From positions 1 through 64,000 of the forward strand of contig JBBITF010000006.1 of assembly GCA_037440925.1 (NCBI GenBank): a stretch of 64,000 nt of DNA, written 5' to 3'. This document shows positions 49,015 through 57,496 of the stretch, piece after piece. The translations under genes were made by a program, and so were the position numbers. Origin of the DNA: Chloroflexota bacterium. GTDB taxonomy: Bacteria; Chloroflexota; Anaerolineae; Anaerolineales; Villigracilaceae. The notes under the pieces are model-generated. The model had not been told where the DNA came from, searched no databases, and saw only the letters and a list, made by a program, of their open reading frames with translations. The first letter of the stretch is position 1. Every line of letters starts with the position of its first letter.

Positions 49015-50820
49015 CTACTCGCCCGTCAAACCGGCCAGCGTCCCATTCAGGTCTTCCTGGTAGGTGGTGTGACAGGTGCTGCAAAGCGCCAGTTGGGGCT
49101 TGTTTTGTTCGACGGCTTGCTGTTGGTGGCAGGTCAGGCAGCGGCCGTGCATGGCGTCTTTGTAACCGGGCGCCATGGCTTCAAATACAGTTTGGCCTTC
49201 GGCAGGCGTCATGGTCTCATGGCAATCCTGGCAGATCGCTGACGTTAACCGAATGTGTTCCTGTGCATGGCATTCCTGGCAACTTGCGTTCCCGCCCAGT
49301 TCCTGCTGGTGCAGGCTGTGATCGAAGATCGAAGCCGGGCGATAATAATCGGTGTGACAGGCCGAACATGCCGTCGCTTCATCGTTTGGGCGGTCCAGGT
49401 GATGGCAAACCTGGCAGTTGCTCTCGCCGGTGGCCTTATTCATCAAACGTTCCTGGTGCTCCAGATGGGGAAAATTGACTACATAGCCGCTGCGGTTGCC
49501 GTCTATTTGCAGCGGTTCCCAGCCTCTAGCCTCCATGACCGGCGTGGCAGGCGGCTGCGCTTTGACAATCAACACCGGCACCGCCAGCGCCATGACGAAG
49601 ACGGCCAGACGGCTGCGATGCGCGACGATGGCCCTCAGCCACGAGCCTTGACCGGCCAACCAGGTCGCCCTGGCGGGCGCCGCCGCTTCTTCCTCCGCTT
49701 CGGCCTGCTTGCCGAACAATTGCAGATTCTCGGCGAAGAACAGGTACAGCAAGAACGCCGCCGACGGGATGGCGAAGGCGATGGCCGTTTCGCCCAGCGA
49801 AGGGGTATAGGCTGTACCCGCCGCCCGGTACATGGTGAACATGCTCAGCGACATGCGCTGGCTCATGATGCCCAGAATGCCCAGCACGGCGCCGGTCAGC
49901 AGGCCCTCGCGCCTCTCTCGTGTCTTTTTGATGCTGAACAGGACAATGGGAAGCACCCCGCACAACAGGATTTCGGCCAGGAATAAAATGCTTTGCCAGG
50001 AACCATCCAGCGCGCCGGGCAGCACCCCGCGCAGAACCTGGTCGCCCAGGCGCAGCAGCAAGTACAGTCCCAGCGGCAGGGGCGTCCACTTTCCCAAAGT
50101 GGTCAGGATGTCGAAGTGCATCCCGCGTTTGAACCAGCGCTCGACAAAGAAGCCTTCTACAATTAACGCCATCATGCCGGCTGCAATGGCGCTGGTGAAG
50201 AACAGGTAAGGCAGCCAGGGACTATACCACAGCGGGTGGACGCGATGCGGCATGATGAGGAACAGCGATCCCAGCGAGGACTGGTGCAAAGTAGATAGAA
50301 CGATGCCGGCAATCACCAGCGGCAGGGTGAACTTGTGAAGCCAGTGCAGCAGGGTCTTGAAGAGCGGGTGGCGGAACCAGGGATGTTCCAGGATGACCGG
50401 AGAAAACTCCAGCACCAGCACCGAGAAATACAGCATCACACACCAGGCAATCTCGAACATGACCGAGTGATGCTGCCAACTGATGATGGGCATGTAAATG
50501 TGCCAGGGCAGGCCCAGGTCGAAAATCAGGGAGACGATGAATGAGCCGTAGCCCAGCAGAGCCACCAAAATCGCCCGCCGCAAGATGGGGCGGAAGAATT
50601 CCAGGTGGAAAATGTACACCAGTGCCGCCAGGGTGAAGCCGCCGCCGGCGATGGCGACGAACACCAGTTTGAAAGCGATCCACAGCCCCCAGGGGGCAGA
50701 GTCATTGAGTCCGGTAGCGGCCCCAAGTCCGGCAGCGAAGCGAATGATAGAGGCCACCAGGCCCGCCAGGGCGATGGCCCACAATCCATCTTTGATCCAA
50801 GTGCGCGTAGTCGTGTTCAC
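49015..50820 (-). CDS. NrfD-family membrane subunit fused to a C-terminal hexaheme cytochrome c domain
   Basis: About 400-aa NrfD/HmcC/DsrP-like N-terminal part (≥8 TM). Then six CxxCH motifs (CQVCH, CSACH, CQECH, CQDCH, CLTCH, CSTCH) in the last ~160 aa. Confidence 0.7.
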   Translation of the reverse strand: MNTTTRTWIKDGLWAIALAGLVASIIRFAAGLGAATGLNDSAPWGLWIAFKLVFVAIAGGGFTLAALVYIFHLEFFRPILRRAILVALLGYGSFIVSLIFDLGLPWHIYMPIISWQHHSVMFEIAWCVMLYFSVLVLEFSPVILEHPWFRHPLFKTLLHWLHKFTLPLVIAGIVLSTLHQSSLGSLFLIMPHRVHPLWYSPWLPYLFFTSAIAAGMMALIVEGFFVERWFKRGMHFDILTTLGKWTPLPLGLYLLLRLGDQVLRGVLPGALDGSWQSILFLAEILLCGVLPIVLFSIKKTRERREGLLTGAVLGILGIMSQRMSLSMFTMYRAAGTAYTPSLGETAIAFAIPSAAFLLYLFFAENLQLFGKQAEAEEEAAAPARATWLAGQGSWLRAIVAHRSRLAVFVMALAVPVLIVKAQPPATPVMEARGWEPLQIDGNRSGYVVNFPHLEHQERLMNKATGESNCQVCHHLDRPNDEATACSACHTDYYRPASIFDHSLHQQELGGNASCQECHAQEHIRLTSAICQDCHETMTPAEGQTVFEAMAPGYKDAMHGRCLTCHQQQAVEQNKPQLALCSTCHTTYQEDLNGTLAGLTGE

Positions 50821-50821
50821 G

Positions 50822-51613
50822 TTATTGCTCCTCGGTGGGTTGACTCTGGCGCGCTTTTTGCGCCGCCTGTGCCTGCATACGCCGTTCGATAATCCAGAAC
50901 AGTCCGGTCATCAAACCCGCGGTGCCAATGGTAATGGCGGGTACCTTGCTTAGCCACTCCCAGGTCAGTTCTGGCATGGGCTTCTGGATAGGAGCGCCGT
51001 GATAGCCCAGGAAATCTAACGGAACGTGGGAAATGTACATTACGGCTGTGCCGCCGACTTCCTGCGCGCCATAGACGATGGGCAGATATTTGTGCGGGGC
51101 TTCCTGGATGCGCTGGTTGGCGATTTCGAGCAGTTCGCTCCTTTCGCCAAAGGTCAGCACCTTTTCAGGGCAGGTTTCTACACAGGCGGGCAGTTGTCCC
51201 TGTTGGATGCGGCCATAGCATAACGTACATTTCTGCACCAACGGCGCGGGGGAGTCCCATTCGTAGCGCGGAATGCCAAAGGGACAGGCCATCATGCAAT
51301 AGCGGCAGCCCATACACTTTTGGCTATCGTAGATCACTGCCCCTTCGGGCGTGCGGTACATGGCGCCGACCGGGCAGGCCGAGACGCAGGCCGGTTCCAG
51401 ACAGTGGCGACAGAATTTTCGCACGAAGCCGCCTTCGGGGCTTTCGACAATGGACGACCAGCGGCGCGCCGACAAGCCATCGGGAGATTGCTGCGGCAGG
51501 TATTCGAGCGCGCCCAGGTGGTTGACTTCGGCGCAGGCCTCCACGCATTGATTACAACCCGTACAGCGGGTGACATCCACTAAAATACCAACTTGTTTTA
51601 TCGTGCCGCTCAT
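50822..51613 (-). CDS. 4x[4Fe-4S] ferredoxin-type subunit with C-terminal TM anchor (HmcB/DsrO-like)
   Basis: Cys clusters CTGCNQCVEAC; CRHCLEPACVSACP; CMGCRYCMMACP; CTLC...CVETCP. C-terminal helix VPAITIGTAGLMTGLFWII. Confidence 0.75.
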   Translation of the reverse strand: MSGTIKQVGILVDVTRCTGCNQCVEACAEVNHLGALEYLPQQSPDGLSARRWSSIVESPEGGFVRKFCRHCLEPACVSACPVGAMYRTPEGAVIYDSQKCMGCRYCMMACPFGIPRYEWDSPAPLVQKCTLCYGRIQQGQLPACVETCPEKVLTFGERSELLEIANQRIQEAPHKYLPIVYGAQEVGGTAVMYISHVPLDFLGYHGAPIQKPMPELTWEWLSKVPAITIGTAGLMTGLFWIIERRMQAQAAQKARQSQPTEEQ

Positions 51614-52314
51614 ATTTTCCTCCCTTCGGGGCCATGAAGCGCTTGCACGGCTTTGCTGCCGGCTTGTGGGACGAAGTGCCAGGCAATTTCTGTGCTGAGG
51701 CGGATGAGGGGGAAGAGGACACAGTGGGCGATTTTGGTGAATGGCGTGACGAGCAGAAGAGCCATTCCATTCAGCGTGTGGAACAGCATTAGGCCGTTGT
51801 AAGGGATGGGGTTCCAGGGCTGCCCGGCAATGTAGCCGGAGAGGAAGATGTTGAAAATGAGTAACAACAGCACATAGTCGGCTGTCTTGCTCAAACGCCG
51901 CGAGGCCGGAACATACAGCCTGAACAGCAGCAACAGGCTGACCCCGACGATGCTGATGAGGGTCAGCACGTCTAGCACCGGCTTCGAGATGGCAAACCAG
52001 GCAATCCCGATGTTGTCCTTCAGAATGTCCAGGTGATTACGCAGGAAGAGGGACACAACCAGGATGCCGACGTGTAAGCCAAAAGAGGCAAAACTATAAG
52101 CGGCGCGGTTACGGTGCAGGCGGTTGAAGGGGAACAGCCATGAGAATGTCTGCACGACGATCTGCCGCATAGGAAGGCGGCGATCGCCGGCGCGGCGGAT
52201 GGCTGTAACCATATCCCAAACGGTCAAGGCAACCAGCCGCAGCAATGCCAGCGCGACCAGCGTCGCTACAAAGAAAAAGGCAGGGCCTTTGGCAAGCATC
52301 AACCAGGTTGGCAT
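51610..52314 (-). CDS. NarI/HdrE-like diheme b membrane protein (DsrM paralogue)
   Basis: 234 aa, 5 TM. Conserved His in helices. 4-nt overlap with the downstream FeS gene. Confidence 0.65.
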   Translation of the reverse strand: MPTWLMLAKGPAFFFVATLVALALLRLVALTVWDMVTAIRRAGDRRLPMRQIVVQTFSWLFPFNRLHRNRAAYSFASFGLHVGILVVSLFLRNHLDILKDNIGIAWFAISKPVLDVLTLISIVGVSLLLLFRLYVPASRRLSKTADYVLLLLIFNIFLSGYIAGQPWNPIPYNGLMLFHTLNGMALLLVTPFTKIAHCVLFPLIRLSTEIAWHFVPQAGSKAVQALHGPEGRKI

Positions 52315-52349
52315 ATCGAAAAGAGCCTCCTACTCATTAAAGTTGGATA

Positions 52350-53726
52350 TCAGGAAAGGTCAATGGCGCGCAACACCAGGTCATGCACGCCGACGATTTG
52401 AACGGGCAGTTTGTGATAATCTACCAATTCTCGCAGTTGTTTCTTGCAGTTGGCGCAGGGCGAGGCCACGATCTGCGCCCCGCTGGCGCGGATTTGTTCG
52501 GCTTTGGTTTTTCCTGAGACTTGCATACGGAAGTCGAAAGTTTCATCCAGTGAGACCAGGCCGCCGCCTCCGCCGCAGCAATAGTTTTCGCGGCCACGAG
52601 GCGTCATTTCGACAAAGTCGGAAACGAAACTGCGCAACAATTGGCGCGGCTGTTCGATGATCCAGCCCGAGCGGGCAATGTTGCAGGGGTCATGATAAGT
52701 GACGCGCTCGGTAATCACATCCTTTTTCAGCCGCAATTTTCCTTCTTGCGCCGCCTGCGCAGTCAATTCCAGAATGCTGACTACCGGCAACGCGCGTTCC
52801 CCGGCAAAGGCAGGGACGAATTGACGCGCCGAACGGGCGGCGTGACCGCACTCCCCGATCAAAATTTTTTGCGCTTTCAAGCGATGCGCTTCTTCGACCA
52901 GTTTTTCGATGATGCGTTCCAGCACCCAATCGTTGTAGAACAAGCCGTAGTTGATGCCATCGAAGTATTTCGAGCCAATCGTCCAGGAGACGCCGGCTGC
53001 ATAGAGTGCAGCGGCATTGCCCATGAGCGTGTCCGCTTCCATGAGGTAGTCGCTGACGGCCGGGAAGAAGATGTACTCGGCGCCTTCCTGGTCAACCGGG
53101 AATTTGATTTCTTTGCCGGTGGTGTCTTTCAATTCCTCTTCCAGGAACTCGATGTTGTCCATCAAGGCTGGTAGCGGAATGGCCGAGGTGTTGGCGGTTG
53201 CGCCTTCCAATTGTTCGCGTACTGAAACAACCAGGCCTTTGGGCGCGATGCCCGCTTCACTGAGAACATAGCGCCCCAGATGGGCAATCAGGCCGTGATC
53301 AATGCCCAGCGGGCAATCCAGCGTGCAGCGCCGGCAGGCGTTACAGCGATAGAAGAATTCGGCCATTTCGTCTATTTTTGCGTTGCTCAGACTATCTTTG
53401 GGAGTAGCCCAACCCAGCCAATTTCTATCGTCCGAAAAGTATTGCTTATATACGTCCAGCAGCAAATTGGTGCGATAGCAGGGTACATCATAAGGGTCAT
53501 TTGTAGTCTGGTAGACCTGGCAACTAGACGCACAGCGCCCGCATTTGGCGCTGGTTTTGGCATACAGTTCGATTAGAAAACGGTAGTTGCTGTTACGCAA
53601 AATGGCTTCAAAAGCCGCCAGAAAGCGTTCTGCCCGCTTGTCTAGTTCAGGCAGCGTGCTGGATTCGAGATGGTAAAAATAAGGTTGGGATAAAGCGTCG
53701 GTCTTCTTTTCGGCGGGAGTCGTCAT
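52350..53726 (-). CDS. HdrD/DsrK-like CCG-domain Fe-S protein (DsrK paralogue)
   Basis: Ferredoxin clusters (CGRCASSCQ; CNACRRCTLDCP). CCG motifs (YHDPC...CCGGGGG). Long identical stretches shared with dsrK at 33434 (e.g. FPVDQEGAE / FPVDEKGAE; VTYHDPCN). Confidence 0.8.
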   Translation of the reverse strand: MTTPAEKKTDALSQPYFYHLESSTLPELDKRAERFLAAFEAILRNSNYRFLIELYAKTSAKCGRCASSCQVYQTTNDPYDVPCYRTNLLLDVYKQYFSDDRNWLGWATPKDSLSNAKIDEMAEFFYRCNACRRCTLDCPLGIDHGLIAHLGRYVLSEAGIAPKGLVVSVREQLEGATANTSAIPLPALMDNIEFLEEELKDTTGKEIKFPVDQEGAEYIFFPAVSDYLMEADTLMGNAAALYAAGVSWTIGSKYFDGINYGLFYNDWVLERIIEKLVEEAHRLKAQKILIGECGHAARSARQFVPAFAGERALPVVSILELTAQAAQEGKLRLKKDVITERVTYHDPCNIARSGWIIEQPRQLLRSFVSDFVEMTPRGRENYCCGGGGGLVSLDETFDFRMQVSGKTKAEQIRASGAQIVASPCANCKKQLRELVDYHKLPVQIVGVHDLVLRAIDLS

Positions 53727-53738
53727 ATCATCACCTCG

Positions 53739-54296
53739 TTAAAGATTTTGAGAATGGGATGGAGGAAGCATCAATACTGCGATGCCGGTCGAGTCGCCGG
53801 TGTTGCGCCAGCGGTGGTAAGCGTCGCTGTTGAAAGCCAGGCTGTCGCCGGGGTTCAGGGTATAGGTTTGTCCGTCCAGTTCCAGTTCAACCTGGCCACA
53901 CAGGCATAAAATCGAGTGCCGGCGAGACGCCAGCGTTTCAGAGGGCGCAGCCGCTTTGGGCGCCGCAATCATACAGCCTGTGGTTTGAGGGGCGGTGGCC
54001 AGCAGTTGGAATGTCTGCCCGGCAATGTCGGCTTTGGCGGTGGCCTCATCTGCCCGCTGTAAGACCACAGCCGGCTTGCAAATTTCCAAAAATAGGGAAC
54101 TGGGCGTTACGCCCAGGGCGTGCGCAATTTTGCACAGGGTTTCGATACTTGGGGACACCTCGCTTCGCTCTACCATGCTGATGGTATTTGCAGACAGGTC
54201 GCACCCCCGCGCCAGTTGTTTGAGCGTCAGGCCATTTGCCTTGCGCAAGTAGCGGATCTTGTTACCTACATTGAGCCAGGTTTCGTGCGTTTTCAT
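53739..54296 (-). CDS. XRE-family HTH transcriptional regulator with C-terminal cupin domain
   Basis: HTH (LTLKQLARGCDLSANTISMVERSEVSPSIETLCKIAHALGV). Cupin-like C-terminus. ATG 54296. Confidence 0.7.
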   Translation of the reverse strand: MKTHETWLNVGNKIRYLRKANGLTLKQLARGCDLSANTISMVERSEVSPSIETLCKIAHALGVTPSSLFLEICKPAVVLQRADEATAKADIAGQTFQLLATAPQTTGCMIAAPKAAAPSETLASRRHSILCLCGQVELELDGQTYTLNPGDSLAFNSDAYHRWRNTGDSTGIAVLMLPPSHSQNL

Positions 54297-54474
54297 CGTT
54301 AAGACCTGAAAGAACAAGAACAATTTTCTTCTGTATCTTCTCGAAAGAGGCAGAACAGCCCTCTCGCTATTGAGAGGATACTTCTTCGACCTTTTCGGGA
54401 GCAAATTCGACTAAAGGGAGGCCTCGAAAAGAGCGTATTGTGCAAAAAAACACTATCTTTAATCTACCAAATTG

Positions 54475-54497
54475 TTGACAGGTCGTCAAGTATTTTG
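54475..54497 (+). promoter_or_regulatory. Palindromic operator-like site TTGAC-N6-GTCAA overlapping a TTGACA -35-like hexamer, in the regulator-proximal intergenic region
   Basis: aTTGTTGACaggtcgTCAAgtatttt. A second TGACAaTGTCA palindrome lies at 54617-54627. Confidence 0.3.
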
Positions 54498-54652
54498 TGT
54501 ATTTTGGTTGAAATTAAGTGACAAACAACAAAAAAATTGGTTATTTTTATCCCCCCTCCTCGGCAAACTCTACAGCCGCCAGATCAGGCGCTGTTTGCAA
54601 TGGTTTGTAACTATCTTGACAATGTCACATTAAACATTTGTTCTGGTAAATC

Positions 54653-54770
54653 GCCCTCACCCGGCCCTCTCCCGGCGGGAGAGGGGGCAAATCACTTGAA
54701 TTTTCGCGTTATTGCCTCTCCCTTTGGTGGTCGAGCTTGTCGAGACCTAGGAGAGGGTTAGGGTGAGGGC
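54653..54770. repeat. Long-range GC-rich inverted repeat (about 21 bp arms, about 75-bp spacer) with an internal 10-bp-stem hairpin
   Basis: Left arm GCCCTCACCCGGCCCTCTCCC (54653-54673). Right arm GGAGAGGGTTAGGGTGAGGGC (54750-54770). Internal hairpin CCCTCTCCCG-g-CGGGAGAGGG (54665-54685). Confidence 0.6.
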
Positions 54771-54862
54771 CAAACTACCTACCCGTTGATGAAGGATTGC
54801 TAAGCAAAACGCCAAATTTATCCACAGATGATGCAGATTTCGCCGATTTTTTTCTTCAATTG

Positions 54863-55042
54863 TAACTGCCTACCTCTAACATCGGTTTGGTTTTTGGGTG
54901 AGAAAACCATCCACGAATAAACCACGAATGCTCGAATGACGGCGTGATTCGTGTATTCGTGCAGTATTCGTGGACGGTTTGCGCTCGAATATAGGCAGGG
55001 TACGACATCTGCGGATGGTTTCCGAAGCCAGGTAGGCAGTTA
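54863..55042. repeat. MITE-like element: perfect 13-bp terminal inverted repeats flanking about 154 bp that contain a CACGAAT/ATTCGTG repeat hairpin
   Basis: TAACTGCCTACCT (54863-54875) and AGGTAGGCAGTTA (55030-55042) are exact reverse complements. Interior 54911-54973 has CCACGAATA / CCACGAATG / CTCGAATG on one arm and GATTCGTG / TATTCGTG / TATTCGTGG on the other. Confidence 0.55.
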
Positions 55043-55206
55043 CCCGCTTTTTGTGTTTCGGCGGTTGATTGCACAAAAGTCAGGCTAGCAGTCTGTCGGA
55101 GAATACTTGAAAATCGCCCCAGGGGAAGTGCAGGCGCCCGACAGTGTTACTATCGGACAACGAACCGCATGGGGGTTGCGGTGAGCAAGCAGGCGTTCTG
55201 GCGCCG

Positions 55207-55926
55207 TTAGTTTGCTAAATCGAATGTAAATTCCCAGGGGCCGCTCACCGTAAAGAATTCATCGCTGAACACGATTTGCTCGGCCTCTTCCTGACTCATT
55301 GTCTCTGGCTTAGATACGATTTGCATACTTTCAGCGCCATTCACTGTTTGACATTCCAGGGTAATGGCAATGCCGCGTTCGAGAAGCGCCTGTTGAATTT
55401 TGGGCATGTAAATCGAGCAATCTTCCTCTTCGCGTGGATAGGCGGCCAACGCCTGGATGCTGACGGCGACGACGTCGAGGTTGGCGTCTGGCGGGACGTA
55501 GAATTCCAGCATGTCACAGCGCAAACCGGGTTGCCCGTCTGCGCCTGGCTCTTGCAGGCTGATGAGTGTAGTGCCATATTCTTGCACCGTCTGATCGGCA
55601 TATTTCAGGCTGGCTTTCCAAATCGTCCAATCGGAGGCGTCGGGCAGGGTGAAACACACCTCGGCATAGACTTGTTTACCTTCCTGCCAGGCGCGCGTGA
55701 TGTTGACCTGAATGCCTCCTACCGCCTGCGGGGGCGAAATCTCGGCCGCCTCGGCAGTAGGATAGGAGGCTGCAATGAATGGGGTGGCCGAAGGTTGCAT
55801 GACGATGGCCGGTAGGAGGGTCGGGGAGGGTACAGGGGCAGCCGTTTGGGATGCAGCAGTCAACGGCCCGCAGGCCAATGCGGTCAGCAGAATGCCTGCC
55901 GCAGCCAGGAAGAGTTTTTTTTCCAT
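55207..55926 (-). CDS. Hypothetical lipoprotein
   Basis: Signal peptide with lipobox LTALAC|G. 239 aa. No recognised domain. Confidence 0.5.
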   Translation of the reverse strand: MEKKLFLAAAGILLTALACGPLTAASQTAAPVPSPTLLPAIVMQPSATPFIAASYPTAEAAEISPPQAVGGIQVNITRAWQEGKQVYAEVCFTLPDASDWTIWKASLKYADQTVQEYGTTLISLQEPGADGQPGLRCDMLEFYVPPDANLDVVAVSIQALAAYPREEEDCSIYMPKIQQALLERGIAITLECQTVNGAESMQIVSKPETMSQEEAEQIVFSDEFFTVSGPWEFTFDLAN

Positions 55927-56004
55927 GTTCTACTCCTAAAAATATTTTCTCGAAAGGTGGGGGGAGAGGTAGATGAACGCGACGCGCCTCACCCTCGCCC
56001 CAAT

Positions 56005-56913
56005 TTATTGAGGTGCGACCTTGAAAATATCTTGCAAGGCTTCTGGAAGGGTTGGGAAGCGGAAAGTATAGCCTAGTTCGAGCAGGCGGCGGGGATGGGC
56101 AAAACGCCCCTCCAGCACCAGGTTGCTCATCTCTCCCAGGGCCAGCCGCATCAAGAAGGCCGGCGCAGGCAGCCAGTAAGGACGGTGTAGGGTTTGCGCC
56201 AGTGTGCGCATGAATTCGGCGTTGGAGGTGGGCTGGGGCGCAATGAGATTGTAGGCGCCGCTGGCCTGGGGGTTGTCCATTAGGAAGCGAATAGCGCCAA
56301 TCTGGTCTGCAATGTGAATCCAGGGCAGGGCTTGCTTTCCGCTGCCCAGCGGGCCGCCTGCAAACAGGCGTACCGGCAGGGCCATCAATCGCATCAGGCT
56401 GGCATCCTGGGCCAGCACTACCGCCGTGCGGCAGATGACGCGCCGTACCCCCCATTCTTCGACGCTGCGGGTGGAATCTTCCCAGGCAACGGTCAGTTGC
56501 GCCAGATAATCGTCCGCTGCGGGCGTCGTTTCGTCGGCCGGCTGGCCGCGCAGGCCGTAATGGTTGATACCGGAGATTTGCACGAACACGCCCGGGCGGC
56601 GGTCAGCGCTGGCGATAGCGGAAGCAAGCGCCCGTCCGGGAATGACGCGCGAGTCCAGGAAGCGTTGTTTGTTGGCCTTTGTCCAGGGCCAATGATTCAA
56701 ACTGAAGCCGGTCAAATTGATTACGGCGTCCATTTCTCCTAGCAGGCGGCTCCAATCGCCCGTCGAGCGTCCATCCCAAGGGACTATTTGGGGACCCGCA
56801 GGCGTTTGTTGCGGCCGGCGCGATAGGATCCAAATTTGGTGATGATCGGTCAGTAAGGATTGGGTAAGGTGGCGGCCCAAAAAGCCGTTGCCGCCAGCAA
56901 GCAGTACTTTCAT
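56005..56913 (-). CDS. TIGR01777/YfcH-family NAD-dependent epimerase/dehydratase-like protein (DUF1731 C-terminus)
   Basis: N-terminal MKVLLAGGNGFLGRHL Rossmann motif. About 300 aa with a YfcH-like C-terminal extension. Confidence 0.65.
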   Translation of the reverse strand: MKVLLAGGNGFLGRHLTQSLLTDHHQIWILSRRPQQTPAGPQIVPWDGRSTGDWSRLLGEMDAVINLTGFSLNHWPWTKANKQRFLDSRVIPGRALASAIASADRRPGVFVQISGINHYGLRGQPADETTPAADDYLAQLTVAWEDSTRSVEEWGVRRVICRTAVVLAQDASLMRLMALPVRLFAGGPLGSGKQALPWIHIADQIGAIRFLMDNPQASGAYNLIAPQPTSNAEFMRTLAQTLHRPYWLPAPAFLMRLALGEMSNLVLEGRFAHPRRLLELGYTFRFPTLPEALQDIFKVAPQ

Positions 56914-56967
56914 CGCAGAGTCTCCTGAATTCGAGTGTGCTATAATGAGCGCTATTGTGGAGTCGCC

Positions 56968-57471
56968 ATGCAAGAGCCGGTGCTGGTCTTGAATGCCAAT
57001 TTCGAGCCAATCAACGTGTGTTCCACGCGGCGGGCCATTGGCCTGATCCTTTCGGGGAAGGCCGATATGGTCGTCAATGGCCGCGGCTCTATTCGCACGG
57101 TGCGACAGGTTTTACCGCGCCCTTCGGTCATACGGCTGGAGCAGATGGTGCATCGTCCGCGCCCGCGCGTCAAGTTGACGCGCCGCGAGGTCTTTCGGCG
57201 CGATAATTATACCTGCCAGTATTGCGGACGCCGCGACCTTCCCTTGACGGTTGATCATGTGCTGCCCAAGCATTTGGGCGGGGAACATACCTGGACGAAT
57301 GTCGTAACGGCTTGCCCGGCTTGCAATCACCGCAAAGGGGGGCGCAGGTTGGAAGAAGCGCACATGACACTATTGCGCGCGCCTGAAGAACCGCCCGCCA
57401 GCGCCGCTTATTTGTATGGGCGGCATTTGACCGAGAACCTCGAATGGGCGACTTATATTTCCGGCTGGTAA
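56968..57471 (+). CDS. HNH endonuclease
   Basis: CQYCGRR...DHVLPKHLGGEHTWTNVVTACPACNHRK is a complete HNH/zinc-finger motif. TATAAT at 56941-56946 upstream. Confidence 0.75.
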   Translation: MQEPVLVLNANFEPINVCSTRRAIGLILSGKADMVVNGRGSIRTVRQVLPRPSVIRLEQMVHRPRPRVKLTRREVFRRDNYTCQYCGRRDLPLTVDHVLPKHLGGEHTWTNVVTACPACNHRKGGRRLEEAHMTLLRAPEEPPASAAYLYGRHLTENLEWATYISGW

Positions 57472-57496
57472 TAGGCAGGCTAGATCACCGCCAGCC

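Noticed and set aside
56968-57471. HNH endonuclease or DUF123 protein as a sign of a mobile element or restriction system
   Set aside because: No adjacent methyltransferase, transposase, intein/intron context or flanking repeats. It is a stand-alone gene.
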